From a virus (Duplodnaviria; Caudoviricetes), in the IMG/VR virus record IMGVR_UViG_3300043480_000021, positions 5,422 to 69,421 of that record: a stretch of DNA of 64,000 bases; one strand, given 5' to 3'. Positions 12,001-18,057 of the stretch are shown here, one piece after another; the stretch's first letter is position 1; every line of letters begins with the position of its first letter. Position numbers and translations under genes: made by a program. The notes below the pieces were generated by a model. The model made no database searches and was not told where the DNA came from. It worked only from the letters and a program-made list of their open reading frames with translations.

Positions 12001-15000
12001 GCGGAGAGTCCTTTTTTCGGGTCTGCCTTATCTTGGAGCGCGGAGATCTCGGCCTGGACCTCCTCGATGCCGTTCCGGCTGTTCTCGTAAGACTCGATAA
12101 GCTCGCGGTTCTTGTCGGTGACCTTAACCTTCTTACCGAAAGCATAGATCTCGCCTTCGCCGAAATGCTCGATGATCACGCCGTTCGCTTGCTCTTCCTC
12201 GATCGCGCGTTTGATCCTGCGCCGGTTACGGACGGTATTGAGAACCGTAACCGCCACGGACACGAGAGGCGCGGATATGCCGGCGACGAGCATGTTGTCG
12301 GCGAGGTCCTTGTCGGCCTTTCGGTCAGGATCGTAAACGAGATTTGCGACGATGTTCCCGGAAAACGTCTGCGTGCCTTCCTGGACGAGCTCTTCGGGCG
12401 CTTCCTTTCTCGCCTCCCTCCATGCTTCCCGGAAGAGTTTCCGCCACACGGTACCGCCGGCGCCTTTATTGAGACGGACCAGCGCTTCGCCGATACCCGC
12501 GATCTCGGTAATACCGAGCGGAGCGGTCAAGAGACCGGCCAGTTGTGCCTTATCTTCCGACGCGCCGAACTCGATCGCCTCTTTGTACGTATCGCCGCCC
12601 ATCTGCAGGGAAGACAGGAGGGCGATCATCAGCTTTGGGGATTTCGAGAAGCCGCCCGGCATCATTCCGAGCGAGGACCCCACGCCCTGCGGAAGTTTGC
12701 CGGCGAGAAACTCCCGCTCCATGTCTTCGTCGGTCGGCAGCCATTCGTTTAAGAATTGCTCGCCCCTTTCGGCGATCCCGAATGTCGCATAGTCCGAAAC
12801 CTTTTTGCGCGGGTTATCGGCGCCGTAAAGGACGTCGTCGATCGATTTCGAAGCCAAGGCTATGCCTCGATAGGTCGACGCGATCGCGACGGACAGAGCG
12901 GACTTGACGGTACCGAAAATGATGCCCTGGGCGCTGCCCTTGATGTAATCGCCCCAGCTCATTTGAGCGACCCGGCTTTTTCGGGCCTCCTCGGCCAGCT
13001 CGAGCTCGCGCATTTTGCGGTTGCGGTTGGTGATCGAACCGTAGAGCTCAAGTTCGCGCCGCATGTAGTTGGCCGTATTCTGAGCGGCCGCGGCGTCGGT
13101 TGGTCGCAGATCGAGCTCCTGAAAGCCCGTCGCGCGGGAGGCCTGCACCTTTTGATTTCCGCCCTGGATCTGTGCCCGGCGCTCCGATTGGAGCTTCCGG
13201 TACGCTTCGGCTTCCTTTTCGGCGACTGCGCGGGGAAGCCAGCCAACCTTGGCCTTTGCCTGCAGGGAGGCTAGATACGCATCGCCCTCTTGTTTCTGAA
13301 ATTCCTCGAGATATCGGCCGAAGTCTTTTCGCGAAACGCCGCCTTTGACCTTGGCCATCTCGAGCTCGTCGTAGCGCCGATCGGCGAGGGCCGAAGGATC
13401 GAAGTCGTTTTCCTTGAACTGCGCGAGATCGCGCGGCGTGAATTCCTGGCCCGAGGCGATAATGCCGAGAGCGTAATCCTCGAGCATTTTTCGGCGTTTG
13501 GATGAAAAAGCCTGAAGATCCTTAAGATCGCCGCGGGTGATATCGAACGGCTCTGTAGCTTTGTCGCCTTTGGCAAAATAATCCTCATGGCTGTAATTCT
13601 TGCCCGTATCGAGTTTGCGAAAACCAGTAGCTTGGTAAAAAGCCCGGATATCCGACTCGGGCACCTCCCGGAAGAGCTCCGGATCGCCCGCAACAGCGCC
13701 TTTCAGCGTAATCGCCACTTGATGGCTTAAAAGCAATTTAGCCGCTTCGTCGGTCGTTGAATTCTTTAAACGCTCCGGGATTAGTTCGATTCTCGTCTCA
13801 TGGGTGGCCAGCGATGCCAGAGACTCCGGACGAATATCCTTGGTTACAGGGTTTGCGATATACGTCTCGCCCTGATCATCCATCACGCGAATCTCGCCTT
13901 GCTTCAACCCGGCCGTATCCGGGGTGTGGGTAAGAACGCGCCCGTCCGCCGTTTTGATCTGATCGGTCCGCTCGAGGTCCGTTGCTTGTTTTTGCACCTC
14001 ATCTGAGGGGGAATTTCGAGCAACGCGCGGCACGCCGGCGCCCGGGCCGCGCCGTTTTGCCTGTTTCGGCCGGTTGGCGATCGCTACGTCGAGCTCGGCG
14101 AAGAGAGCATTATCGTCGGGTGTGAAAACACCCGTTTGTTTCCCATCCTTTACCGCCTGGTGCCCGTCGATGAATTTGCGGCGCAGCTCCTCCGAATCAG
14201 TGAATCCGTACGTCTTCAGATAACTCTGGTAGGAGGCTTTTAACGCGGGATCGTCCGGAAGCACAGATTTCGGCTTCGTCTTTCCAAGTACCCACGCCGG
14301 CAACTCGCGACGTATCTCAAACTTTTCGCCGTTCGGTTTAGCGAGATACGTTTTGCCGGTCTTCGAGTTTTTTAGCCTTATAAATCCTGGCGGCACATCC
14401 TTATCGTCGGTCTGCACTACCTCGCTGCCGTCTTTCTCCATGAAGCGCAGCTTTGGGTTTTCTTCGGCAATCTTTGTACCATCTACGATAAAATTAACGG
14501 GATTGCCGGCGACCTCTCGCGTGTACCTAGTACCCGCCTTGACGCCCTTTTGCCCGTCCGGGCCATCGGCGCGGATATACTCGGCCTTATTACCGTCCTG
14601 GATGCGCTTTGGCGGGCCGGTAGGCACAAGACGGACCTTTTCGCCTTCGATCTGACCTTCAAGAAGATCGCCGTCGGCATCCTTGAAGTAATGCTTGCCG
14701 CCCGCGGTACCGACATACTCGTGATCACCGAGCTTGCCGGATCGTTCGAAGTCGAACGTAGGGACCTTGTTTCGCTCGAAAGTGGTAGGGATCGGCGCGC
14801 TGAAAGGGGTACTTTCGGGGGAATTAGGAGTTTGATTTTTTTGATTGGTGAGGGCTGTGCCCGGTAGGGCTACGGAAGCAGTCCGCCCGTTTCCGGACTG
14901 CGGACCGCCGGGCGTAATTTGGCGTGACGCGCCGATGGTTTTCTTTTGCGCGTTCAACTGCACGAGCTGTTCCGTGATCTTCCGGATGGCGTCGGAGATA

Positions 15001-15866
15001 CGGCGCCGCTCAACTCGGTCCTTTGTCTTTTTCAGCTGAATCTGGAGATCGTCGCGCTGTTTTGTGAGATTTACGATCGGGTCGACCTCCGGAGGATCCT
15101 CCGGGGCGACATTTGCGCCGGGCATGGTCTCCGGGATCCTCTCAGGTACCAGGATCTCGGGAACCTCACCCGCGGGCTGTCCCGGTTCCGGCTGGCCGCC
15201 TAGCACATCGCCTACAAGGTCGCTGCCGGTCGCGGGTCCATCTTGCGGACGAGCTCCGGCCATAACATCCTGAATCAGGTCGTTGGCCGACGCGATTCCG
15301 AACGGTATGCCCGAAGGCATCGGTCGCGCGGGCGGGCGGGCGAACCCGCCAGTTTTCTCGACGTATGACCGGTACGTTTCTTTAAGATCCGGCCGGTAAG
15401 AATAAAGCCTGATATTTGGGACCTCGCCGGTCCGTCGATAGTAACCGATGATGTTGTTTCTCGCCCCAACATAGCGCAGCCGCCGCACGACGGGATCAAC
15501 AGGATCGCCGGCGACAAACTCACGCAGTCCCATTTGCCAGTTATCCTGCTCGTTGAACGGGTCCAGGCCTTCGGCTTCATAAGGTTTCGCCGTGCCGGGC
15601 ATTATTTGAGAGCCGCCGATCGCCCGGTCGCCGTTTGCGGTTGGTATGCCGCGCTTGACGATATTTGTGCCCGGCCAATAATGAGCGCGTCCGCTTTCGA
15701 TTTTTATGAGGTTGTAATAATCCTCAACATCATCGTCGGAGATATTGACCTTCCGACGACGCGCCTCCTGGGCCGCCTGGTAGAGCTTCGCCCTCACACC
15801 GTTATCGCTTTTTGCTGGTGCTTTCTTGCTTTTGGTGCCGAGTAGATCGTCGATTATGTCGGACAT
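1..15866 (-). CDS. Giant DarB-like / large polyvalent virion-ejected protein, at least 5288 aa, 3'-truncated by the window edge (lytic transglycosylase + SF2 helicase + N6-adenine MTase + further domains)
   Basis: ATG at 15866 (MSDIIDDLLGTKSKK), 8 nt after the upstream stop. My manual translation stays in one frame to position 3 (...IRVMNRIAKEKGLDLNKIW) with no stop seen; frame re-checked at 10040, 3797 and 59. The missing stop explains its absence from the ORF track. Confidence 0.9.
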   Translation of the reverse strand, partial: MSDIIDDLLGTKSKKAPAKSDNGVRAKLYQAAQEARRRKVNISDDDVEDYYNLIKIESGRAHYWPGTNIVKRGIPTANGDRAIGGSQIMPGTAKPYEAEGLDPFNEQDNWQMGLREFVAGDPVDPVVRRLRYVGARNNIIGYYRRTGEVPNIRLYSYRPDLKETYRSYVEKTGGFARPPARPMPSGIPFGIASANDLIQDVMAGARPQDGPATGSDLVGDVLGGQPEPGQPAGEVPEILVPERIPETMPGANVAPEDPPEVDPIVNLTKQRDDLQIQLKKTKDRVERRRISDAIRKITEQLVQLNAQKKTIGASRQITPGGPQSGNGRTASVALPGTALTNQKNQTPNSPESTPFSAPIPTTFERNKVPTFDFERSGKLGDHEYVGTAGGKHYFKDADGDLLEGQIEGEKVRLVPTGPPKRIQDGNKAEYIRADGPDGQKGVKAGTRYTREVAGNPVNFIVDGTKIAEENPKLRFMEKDGSEVVQTDDKDVPPGFIRLKNSKTGKTYLAKPNGEKFEIRRELPAWVLGKTKPKSVLPDDPALKASYQSYLKTYGFTDSEELRRKFIDGHQAVKDGKQTGVFTPDDNALFAELDVAIANRPKQAKRRGPGAGVPRVARNSPSDEVQKQATDLERTDQIKTADGRVLTHTPDTAGLKQGEIRVMDDQGETYIANPVTKDIRPESLASLATHETRIELIPERLKNSTTDEAAKLLLSHQVAITLKGAVAGDPELFREVPESDIRAFYQATGFRKLDTGKNYSHEDYFAKGDKATEPFDITRGDLKDLQAFSSKRRKMLEDYALGIIASGQEFTPRDLAQFKENDFDPSALADRRYDELEMAKVKGGVSRKDFGRYLEEFQKQEGDAYLASLQAKAKVGWLPRAVAEKEAEAYRKLQSERRAQIQGGNQKVQASRATGFQELDLRPTDAAAAQNTANYMRRELELYGSITNRNRKMRELELAEEARKSRVAQMSWGDYIKGSAQGIIFGTVKSALSVAIASTYRGIALASKSIDDVLYGADNPRKKVSDYATFGIAERGEQFLNEWLPTDEDMEREFLAGKLPQGVGSSLGMMPGGFSKSPKLMIALLSSLQMGGDTYKEAIEFGASEDKAQLAGLLTAPLGITEIAGIGEALVRLNKGAGGTVWRKLFREAWREARKEAPEELVQEGTQTFSGNIVANLVYDPDRKADKDLADNMLVAGISAPLVSVAVTVLNTVRNRRRIKRAIEEEQANGVIIEHFGEGEIYAFGKKVKVTDKNRELIESYENSRNGIEEVQAEISALQDKADPKKGLSANRGVLKQIWKLRRELAALQQRQVVISKDIAEKSGISVPSKEKVGDVVIPRDEEILEAKPIEDEDRPDILIPLSPETPAPAAESAPVEAHPSGVSLVDDILGADNSAEAPVQAPEQARPAPTSPESDFTIQKQIVSTLIDESPRSAVLLTESGQGELINGPGAEKLIPVPVDEGVLFVNTEKAKEQLGLNSPEEIAAHVQEKGYSDMLGKVEDHTGDTATGDVVRTEDQTGRELSSSVITDPANIEEQKAQDAAHFPDEPVSQVVMPVSDAVKKREEEKTAEDTMRWIQEAKPSMPESPKEKFVSNLVTSQKPVQTDTGARNVFERFELPVKGERIAEVDLREKTHAAKPLKSLRTRILRKLGYHAQDLENVQPGDLDRIVRDKISKREYFRKSPKKVKPSVLESAVSVDVSRSTASILRKKQNRARLRWKGYEYEVTGKTRVKITHAPAGNVSGEIAGSFESEAFNANNERIAARKPARPSGRPGKAKSLWQFVQSSGGIRPDTDDAKRGRLGGELERISQKELGKIGLVNRNSRYNAEHMAEHAWEMGYLRDLWPDVQDRDPNVFLDLIEEDARGIRRYFVTEEGGEKDAAELVDDHQREEIQQEQLETILAGMNRAEFKKTYEIELFLTDDKAWPIFEDLELDGEISEEKQDDLVKLGYNYGLSEEETRSIINELLTHVARRGEAGPPEESSADALDGRPHAGRKDGPESIFNPDSEEILDETEPESDGVDLSFDFSDEENESDAEEDISFDFGENVAEPQKEAAAPGRIGEPAKEAEAAPALFSDLVDEDVKTAKTLPELFPESREASLVDDWGGRRASGMDQFAQSGAMRLALKQAVNQADKLAGIDREEAITLLEDLWNGIYAWWTVAPRSALSERAQTFYDEMAAESFGLTLRNEIDRLVEEAKTVDEPISPFRTEEGRQEMAKAAKDAQAEDGDLDLSGMGGLAIDQRAYFEQEKKAKKQKTEYGKKNTFVTEDKAEAARKLLREKLKGTQHNAGLDPDVAKAGIELAAYHIEAGARLFADYAKAMIEDLGAGVIPYLKSWYLAVQFDPETSHFTAGMNDIAAIDKALDQFSAETDKVVQATAEKPEIATEDAPATVDEIPAAPADQATQTLPPAGDTLFDMGGLDQEGLFAVGGPAAIGETPDNDAGKREQIARLKQNATDTERERNMNVFGPELGRLLIERKANPSTPHASRAAGIVLARRGDIEAKGRPALDLVGDVVAAIEEIGEAEMRGMPFEEFILQGGLFGATEFTSAQREVYDEIGAGRFEGFFNKRLDQLDAAKEYGDVASSTEDLARDSSERPGDEFRQELPNAESGRDGDSARTSSDRAGEQGSGSEGSDIVPGAGAAPGGTRGDIEVRESPPGDQASTSGDFDDGRGGPDSDSGLLFEYRPSDAVRAAAQRNSELGEKRRLQEEAESHELVLRDLDNIRATLPFLLPEQHEDVLFAENRLEEGEGVLFTNGTGTGKTYTGLGIAKRLHRQGKKSILIIAPNDKILEDWRTSAENVLINAKRLESTVDHGRDGTVLTTYANFRANNTLIERVWDAIIFDESHYLSQNKDGDETGAVQMLRAVALHDRGQWNYHAVKNAAELEQLEAAREEKEKASRQYRRTYSEADKGKYDEANAKYKRLLDALQPLQDAAYAEYDRRRETEARPKVVFLSATPFAYEKNIEYAEGYLFSYGPDVDTGGYNSGSSKDRFFMQHFGYRMRYNKLTKPDADVNTELMEQQFNSMLQKAGALRGRRLNIDVDYSRKFILAESAIGMKIDEGFQYIWDQSQNKALETIEQRRFWNLHEYARKRFNYLAKRFTLEAINARSVIPIVKAQLEAGRKVVVFHDYNKNEAIHPFDFGPDFNGVIRLDGEIYDVGDVYAKFTAARPDLVGLDLTTLVAPNEVFPAEFGDQVKMFNGTVPKMKRREAVADFNDDAGSTKILLSQSDAGREGISLHDTTGQYQRVLINLGLPVRPIAAIQTEGRIYRVGTKTNAIQLYITTGTNFEQYAFGTQISQRASTAENLALGEEARALRQAFIDGYQEAVTDYAPSENEGLGGKEGDRALAAAMTDYQKAIGFYFGKGKKTSRNKSAEGKDYYATPEPIGLKMVEWADQRLAEHTLEPSAGHGAIARWFRPDNRKTVIEPSQELAAQLSLVTDGRLERDIFENHHTGANKYHTIVMNPPFGSGGKTAVDHVAKAAKHLHNQGRIVALIPDGPAADKQLEKFLKSEDAKDLYKIGDIHLPGVAFKRAATQVRTHIIILEKQFFPEHVKQLPSGGGLDLSHFDDIKELFDYLEHVEVEPRIVTSEAGPVSITPSPAAAAMEGAEGAPAQTAGVGSDMFDAAEFDHTTNGNRIFVAKPKELLDKATFNTLRYTMAPRYGGYYSKFNKGGAVAGFHFSTAAERDAFIAEASMPTGMKAAILPGPAPTFYSQVEKVITDKMPKRAPADQVRGILKPEYGIKKEELDWLGIDDFLASKDAFSKDEVLDFVRSNNVQVEEVIKGGTFRTGDIFIKEWNSESTERNGRKGKLHYFQADITRPHPVYEEHGQKIRVGSIFEDGKIFEATSAQGVKQFHTFDEAKRYLNDGAEVRFMDEGLGNPFEASPTKYSDRVLPGGENYRELLLTLPTSESALTSDQLTRYQKLDAMDTGDVSIAQRQEWEMLANRKNLNSANDRIFQSKHFDEPNILAHIRFNDRTDADGKKTLFIEEIQSDWHQAGREQGYSPKGPQKQYFLRKPDGDIGQDFASKEEGEQFFDKNPHAGSLDSFINNETGVLDAPFKKSWHELAFKRALRYAAENGYGAVAWTTGETQNDRYDLSTQVKSLSYTYSDGQYGIKGVSLRGNPFDIGVYDEAGLAAAVGKELAEKIKTDREGGLLTKEYTGDNLKLEGSGMKGFYDKIIPNFVDKYTRKWDAKVTPAEINTNQYGVVQSGTGDFYIVGNDSKPIGEKSAARPYKIEENAEAAAKRMNTQKAHAVEITPEMQISVMQGQPLFATRLPGQKSYDEIVGASLGDLIAPMRVELDGPKSYRIKLNAEAAEFLRRVYQEIRFQQTKTQAFEVPFYALFDILKDTKSNREFTAKVIRFINDQAKEAQRLGYTTNEVLNIKNVADAIEIAAENGAGGFIFYVDDRFLPEEEFHRAGYMIFNAAISEDRFADNLNHHTAVEKYKQIYGAYLDQFPASVRDAVAWDETAAILARGGMEELGVSEDEAVEYLAGFFESIAKRLEEKGINVEQALKNYDAVREQHIREQIRRTTEEYRSRREKAGRPGRDSEQGGQKPQSPPGEDPGSPPGGAGGERFNLGPPVLKGPGIASLPETLRAHGYESDRKTYDIRSHDDVRRAVAEMADYANVAEIIYQKLLSGKDLSSVDTGLAIELVQRLQREARADLKAGKKDFYEAKKGQAAQIADILDEKLREAGRFIEAVKLMEPFSPDFIVETAKRRMQRFDPDAEMTPDLEAELLKMAEELEESKNAVDELTRKYGRLDRRFKKYRELDRVERQKRRRARRAKNRISRAKESIIKKLAEKESDIIDKFRDRFNPPTDMKAANMTAMKAADVTTAQNVGLTDEELNELAEFGALELARGMIKLEPEMFTLRLQEIFGAGIRPFADQIHARSYAKYKELLREENKKNALERLKSANPDLNDAEIDQLYTERKEKQKEARKIANAHLKQARAADPEATGKKSRAARRGSTSAGTSGTDTDPALTPLQQAIIDEAEKQDIDPILRETSLMLANPKTRDYNGIARVLNDRHGLTKEEADRMIGKGLAFVRDVKRVRAEKVQEARAEKEAELTDEARAEIDAAHARHRQAENELRKKLDALSRKPVGYMPRLRRIWKGLLISSYKTAFNNAISGGFTIGVRTATDTIDLFLRKAATKGKIKLGEDGLDPKLKFRDILALQAWRALRSRRMAEGILDRYAYQYEMMFGRYNADIEADVKHDQVDGNKALAKVDKGADAAFRGAEWFVDKVNIFNMVQEFHVRSIEFIRVMNRIAKEKGLDLNKIW
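5180..5740 (-). other. N6-adenine DNA methyltransferase domain of the giant protein
   Basis: DYYATPEPIG, SAM-binding LEPSAGHG (about 5625-5650) and catalytic IVMNPPF (about 5455-5475), in gamma-class order. Confidence 0.85.
5880..7700 (-). other. SF2 helicase domain (Strawberry-notch-like) of the giant protein
   Basis: Walker A FTNGTGTGKT (about 7575-7600), Walker B IIFDESH (about 7320-7340), motif III LSATP (about 6985-7000), and C-terminal AGREGISLH...QTEGRIYR (about 6045-6170). Confidence 0.85.
7757..8119 (-). CDS. Nested (overprinted, +1 frame) 120-aa protein inside the giant ORF
   Basis: SD AAGGAG at 8127-8132, 7 nt before ATG 8119; TAG at 7757. The product MLQVAPKIWHEIAANGLATNFGRNFLTLKADEMAIAHERAATELENKG... 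has globular helical composition. The giant-ORF frame over the same bases is a G/S/D/R-rich disordered linker. Confidence 0.7.
   Translation of the reverse strand: MLQVAPKIWHEIAANGLATNFGRNFLTLKADEMAIAHERAATELENKGVDPKVAISYLELAPLLAERVAISRYANHHPAIRQVLPEILTTDEAVQIATRDSFLNIDQATQLGQLLNATLN
15330..15866 (-). other. N-terminal lytic transglycosylase (SLT/lysozyme-like) domain of the giant protein
   Basis: Catalytic-Glu motif LIKIESG (about 15693-15710), followed by GGSQIMPGTA and LDPFNEQDNWQMGLREF, matching the SLT E-S, GxxQ and helix-N pattern. Boundaries approximate. Confidence 0.75.
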
Positions 15867-15874
15867 GATAAAAG

Positions 15875-17017
15875 CTACTGGGTAGGAATGTACCCCCACG
15901 TTTGCATCGCATAGGCCTCGAGGGCTGTCCGCGTCTCTTCCGGGGTCGGCATCCGGAAGTTGGTCCGTGAGAAATTAGCTTCCCATTGCGAGCGATACGT
16001 CGACATTTGCTGCCGGGCCTGCTGGTACTGAGTCGCGGTGATCTGTTTCGTCTGCCGGTTATTTTGCTGCTGCTGGTTAAACTGCGTCGACCACTGCGAA
16101 AGAACGAGCGGCGCGAGCTGCTTCGGAGCTATCTTCAGCGGTACGCCGCCGATCTTCGCGTCGATCGGCACTTCCGACGCGTCGACGGGCATACCGGGCG
16201 AGGGTTCCCACTCTTTGGTGTCCGGGTTCTGGGTGAAGAACGCGCCGGCCTGCTCCTTCGTTTCGCGCCTTCTCGCATCGAAGTCCGAGAGCTCGATATC
16301 GGCATCGGCGAGCTGCTGGTCAAAATCCGCGTTCGCGCCCTTCTTGTAAAAATTCTGCTTCGCGATCTGGCCGAGGAGCTGCTGCCGGAGCGTAAGTTTG
16401 CGTTTCTCCTCGTCGCCTTTAAGCTTTTCTTCATCCCGCGCCTTTCGATCGGCGTCGTCGCGGGTCATATTTTCCATTTGCGACTGCTTGTAGGCGCTTT
16501 GGAAATACTGGTCCTCTTCCTTATCGAGCTGGCCGAGGTCCTTGCGGTTCGTTTCCTGCTTACGAAGCCGCGCATCTTCCTCGTCCCACTTGTCGTTGAT
16601 CATGCCGCCGGCGAACGCCCCGGGCGCTCTCGACAGACGCCCGAAAAACTCTTCCCAGTTTTTGACGACGCCCAACTGCGGGCTGTAGGCGTCCGCCAAG
16701 GCGCGGAGACCGGCTTCGGCGCCGCTCCTTAAGCGCGAGTCTTCGGATTTTTCCGTTTTATGAGAAAGCTGCTCCCTTTCTTCCTCGAGCTTCCTGCGAC
16801 GATCGGCATAAGGCCCGACATAGGGCACGGACGCGCCTTTCGCGATCGCTTCGGGCGAAGGGTTGGCATTAAAGTGCTGATCGCCGAGATCCGCCGGCTG
16901 TTGTGGACGAAAAACGGTAGGGACCAGCGTGTTACCGCCGCGGCCGCTAAGCGTGGCAAAATCTTCCTCGGCATCGCGCCGGCGTACGGTCGGTACTCGT
17001 GATTGCTGATTTCTCAT
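15875..17017 (-). CDS. Putative internal virion/ejection protein (380 aa)
   Basis: Q/E/K-rich helical protein directly upstream of the giant ejection gene. Function inferred from position only. Confidence 0.5.
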   Translation of the reverse strand: MRNQQSRVPTVRRRDAEEDFATLSGRGGNTLVPTVFRPQQPADLGDQHFNANPSPEAIAKGASVPYVGPYADRRRKLEEEREQLSHKTEKSEDSRLRSGAEAGLRALADAYSPQLGVVKNWEEFFGRLSRAPGAFAGGMINDKWDEEDARLRKQETNRKDLGQLDKEEDQYFQSAYKQSQMENMTRDDADRKARDEEKLKGDEEKRKLTLRQQLLGQIAKQNFYKKGANADFDQQLADADIELSDFDARRRETKEQAGAFFTQNPDTKEWEPSPGMPVDASEVPIDAKIGGVPLKIAPKQLAPLVLSQWSTQFNQQQQNNRQTKQITATQYQQARQQMSTYRSQWEANFSRTNFRMPTPEETRTALEAYAMQTWGYIPTQ

Positions 17018-17042
17018 ACTCGACTTAAAATAAAGCTGCCCT

Positions 17043-17723
17043 ATGACTTATTTGCGACACGCCAACGGCGGAGGGAAAAAATTTGACGAGGCCGAGGCAG
17101 ATCCCGGTACGTTTCTTTCCCGTTCGTCCTCGATATCGGGCGAATCCGATCTATTCGAGGCCGTTGTAGATAACACCGAGGAAGACAAGATCGTCGACTC
17201 GTTTATCCACCAGGCGCAAATTATCAACTCTTCCGTTCTCTCGACCATCGTCGCCGGCAAGGTCCGTGTTGAAAACTGCCTTGTGGCCTGTAAATCGATA
17301 ACCGGCCACGTACGCGCGACGAATTCCATCCTCCAGGGGGAAACTCGCCTTTTCGGTTCAGCGGAATCCCACAATTCCGCATTTCAAAATCTGTCCGTCG
17401 GCGGTACCGCGAAGATCGTCGACTGGAACAAGCTTTTCAAAACCAACGGTACCGGGCCCCATATCTTTGACGGCCAGTTCGGCCGGATAACGTCGGGTAC
17501 ATGGACGAGACCGCCGCGGATTATCCGTTTTGAGGACCTCGAGGTCACTGTAACCGAAAGCACCGAGGGGCGCGCCTTTGTCGGTTGTATCGAAAAACCG
17601 ATGAAGCGCTGGATCCAGGGCGGTCATTCGTACGGCGCCGCCCGCGGCTGGTCACCGGAACAGGTCGACCGTCTGGCCGATATTTTCAAAGAATGGTTAC
17701 TTGCCTCTCAGATACGGTACTAA
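17043..17723 (+). CDS. Hypothetical protein with beta-helix-like (hexapeptide-type) repeats; the only convincing plus-strand gene (moron-like)
   Basis: 226 aa with periodic I/V-x-x-S/A pattern (IVDSFIHQAQIINSSVLSTIVAGKVRVENCLV). It fills a gap with no credible minus-strand gene. Confidence 0.65.
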   Translation: MTYLRHANGGGKKFDEAEADPGTFLSRSSSISGESDLFEAVVDNTEEDKIVDSFIHQAQIINSSVLSTIVAGKVRVENCLVACKSITGHVRATNSILQGETRLFGSAESHNSAFQNLSVGGTAKIVDWNKLFKTNGTGPHIFDGQFGRITSGTWTRPPRIIRFEDLEVTVTESTEGRAFVGCIEKPMKRWIQGGHSYGAARGWSPEQVDRLADIFKEWLLASQIRY

Positions 17724-18044
17724 GAAGACCAGGAACCCGATCACCGCGATAGCCGTGCCCACGATCGCGTAAAACTCCTTCCTACTAAGAAAATCTCTCT
17801 CCCTGTCGGTCATGGCGCCGCGCCACTCGTTTGCGCTCTTTCGCCAGTTTTCGCCTTGTTTTTCGAGCTTGTCGGCGGCAAGGGTGGACGCCGTGAGCGT
17901 CACGTCCGTTTTTCCCTCCTGGTCCTTGAAACGTTGGTCGATGTGCCCGTACAGGTCCTTGAAGCGCTGGTCAACGTTCATGCCGGCGTCCGTAAACCGC
18001 TGGTCAACATAGTCCCTCATTTGTACCGTTTCGGTTTTTGCCAT
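17697..18044 (-). CDS. Holin-like membrane protein (coiled coil + C-terminal TM)
   Basis: 115 aa ending FYAIVGTAIAVIGFLVFLVPYLRGK; last gene of the lysis cluster. Confidence 0.5.
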   Translation of the reverse strand: MAKTETVQMRDYVDQRFTDAGMNVDQRFKDLYGHIDQRFKDQEGKTDVTLTASTLAADKLEKQGENWRKSANEWRGAMTDRERDFLSRKEFYAIVGTAIAVIGFLVFLVPYLRGK

Positions 18045-18057
18045 CTTTCCCGGTCGT

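Noticed and set aside
78-13274. Long plus-strand ORFs (78-1280, 2484-3668, 6444-7670, 7980-10025, 10908-11885, 12033-12752 and others)
   Set aside because: They are antisense shadows of the giant minus-strand gene, with V/L/R/F/D-rich composition, no motifs and no SD. Such shadows are common in GC-rich coding DNA.
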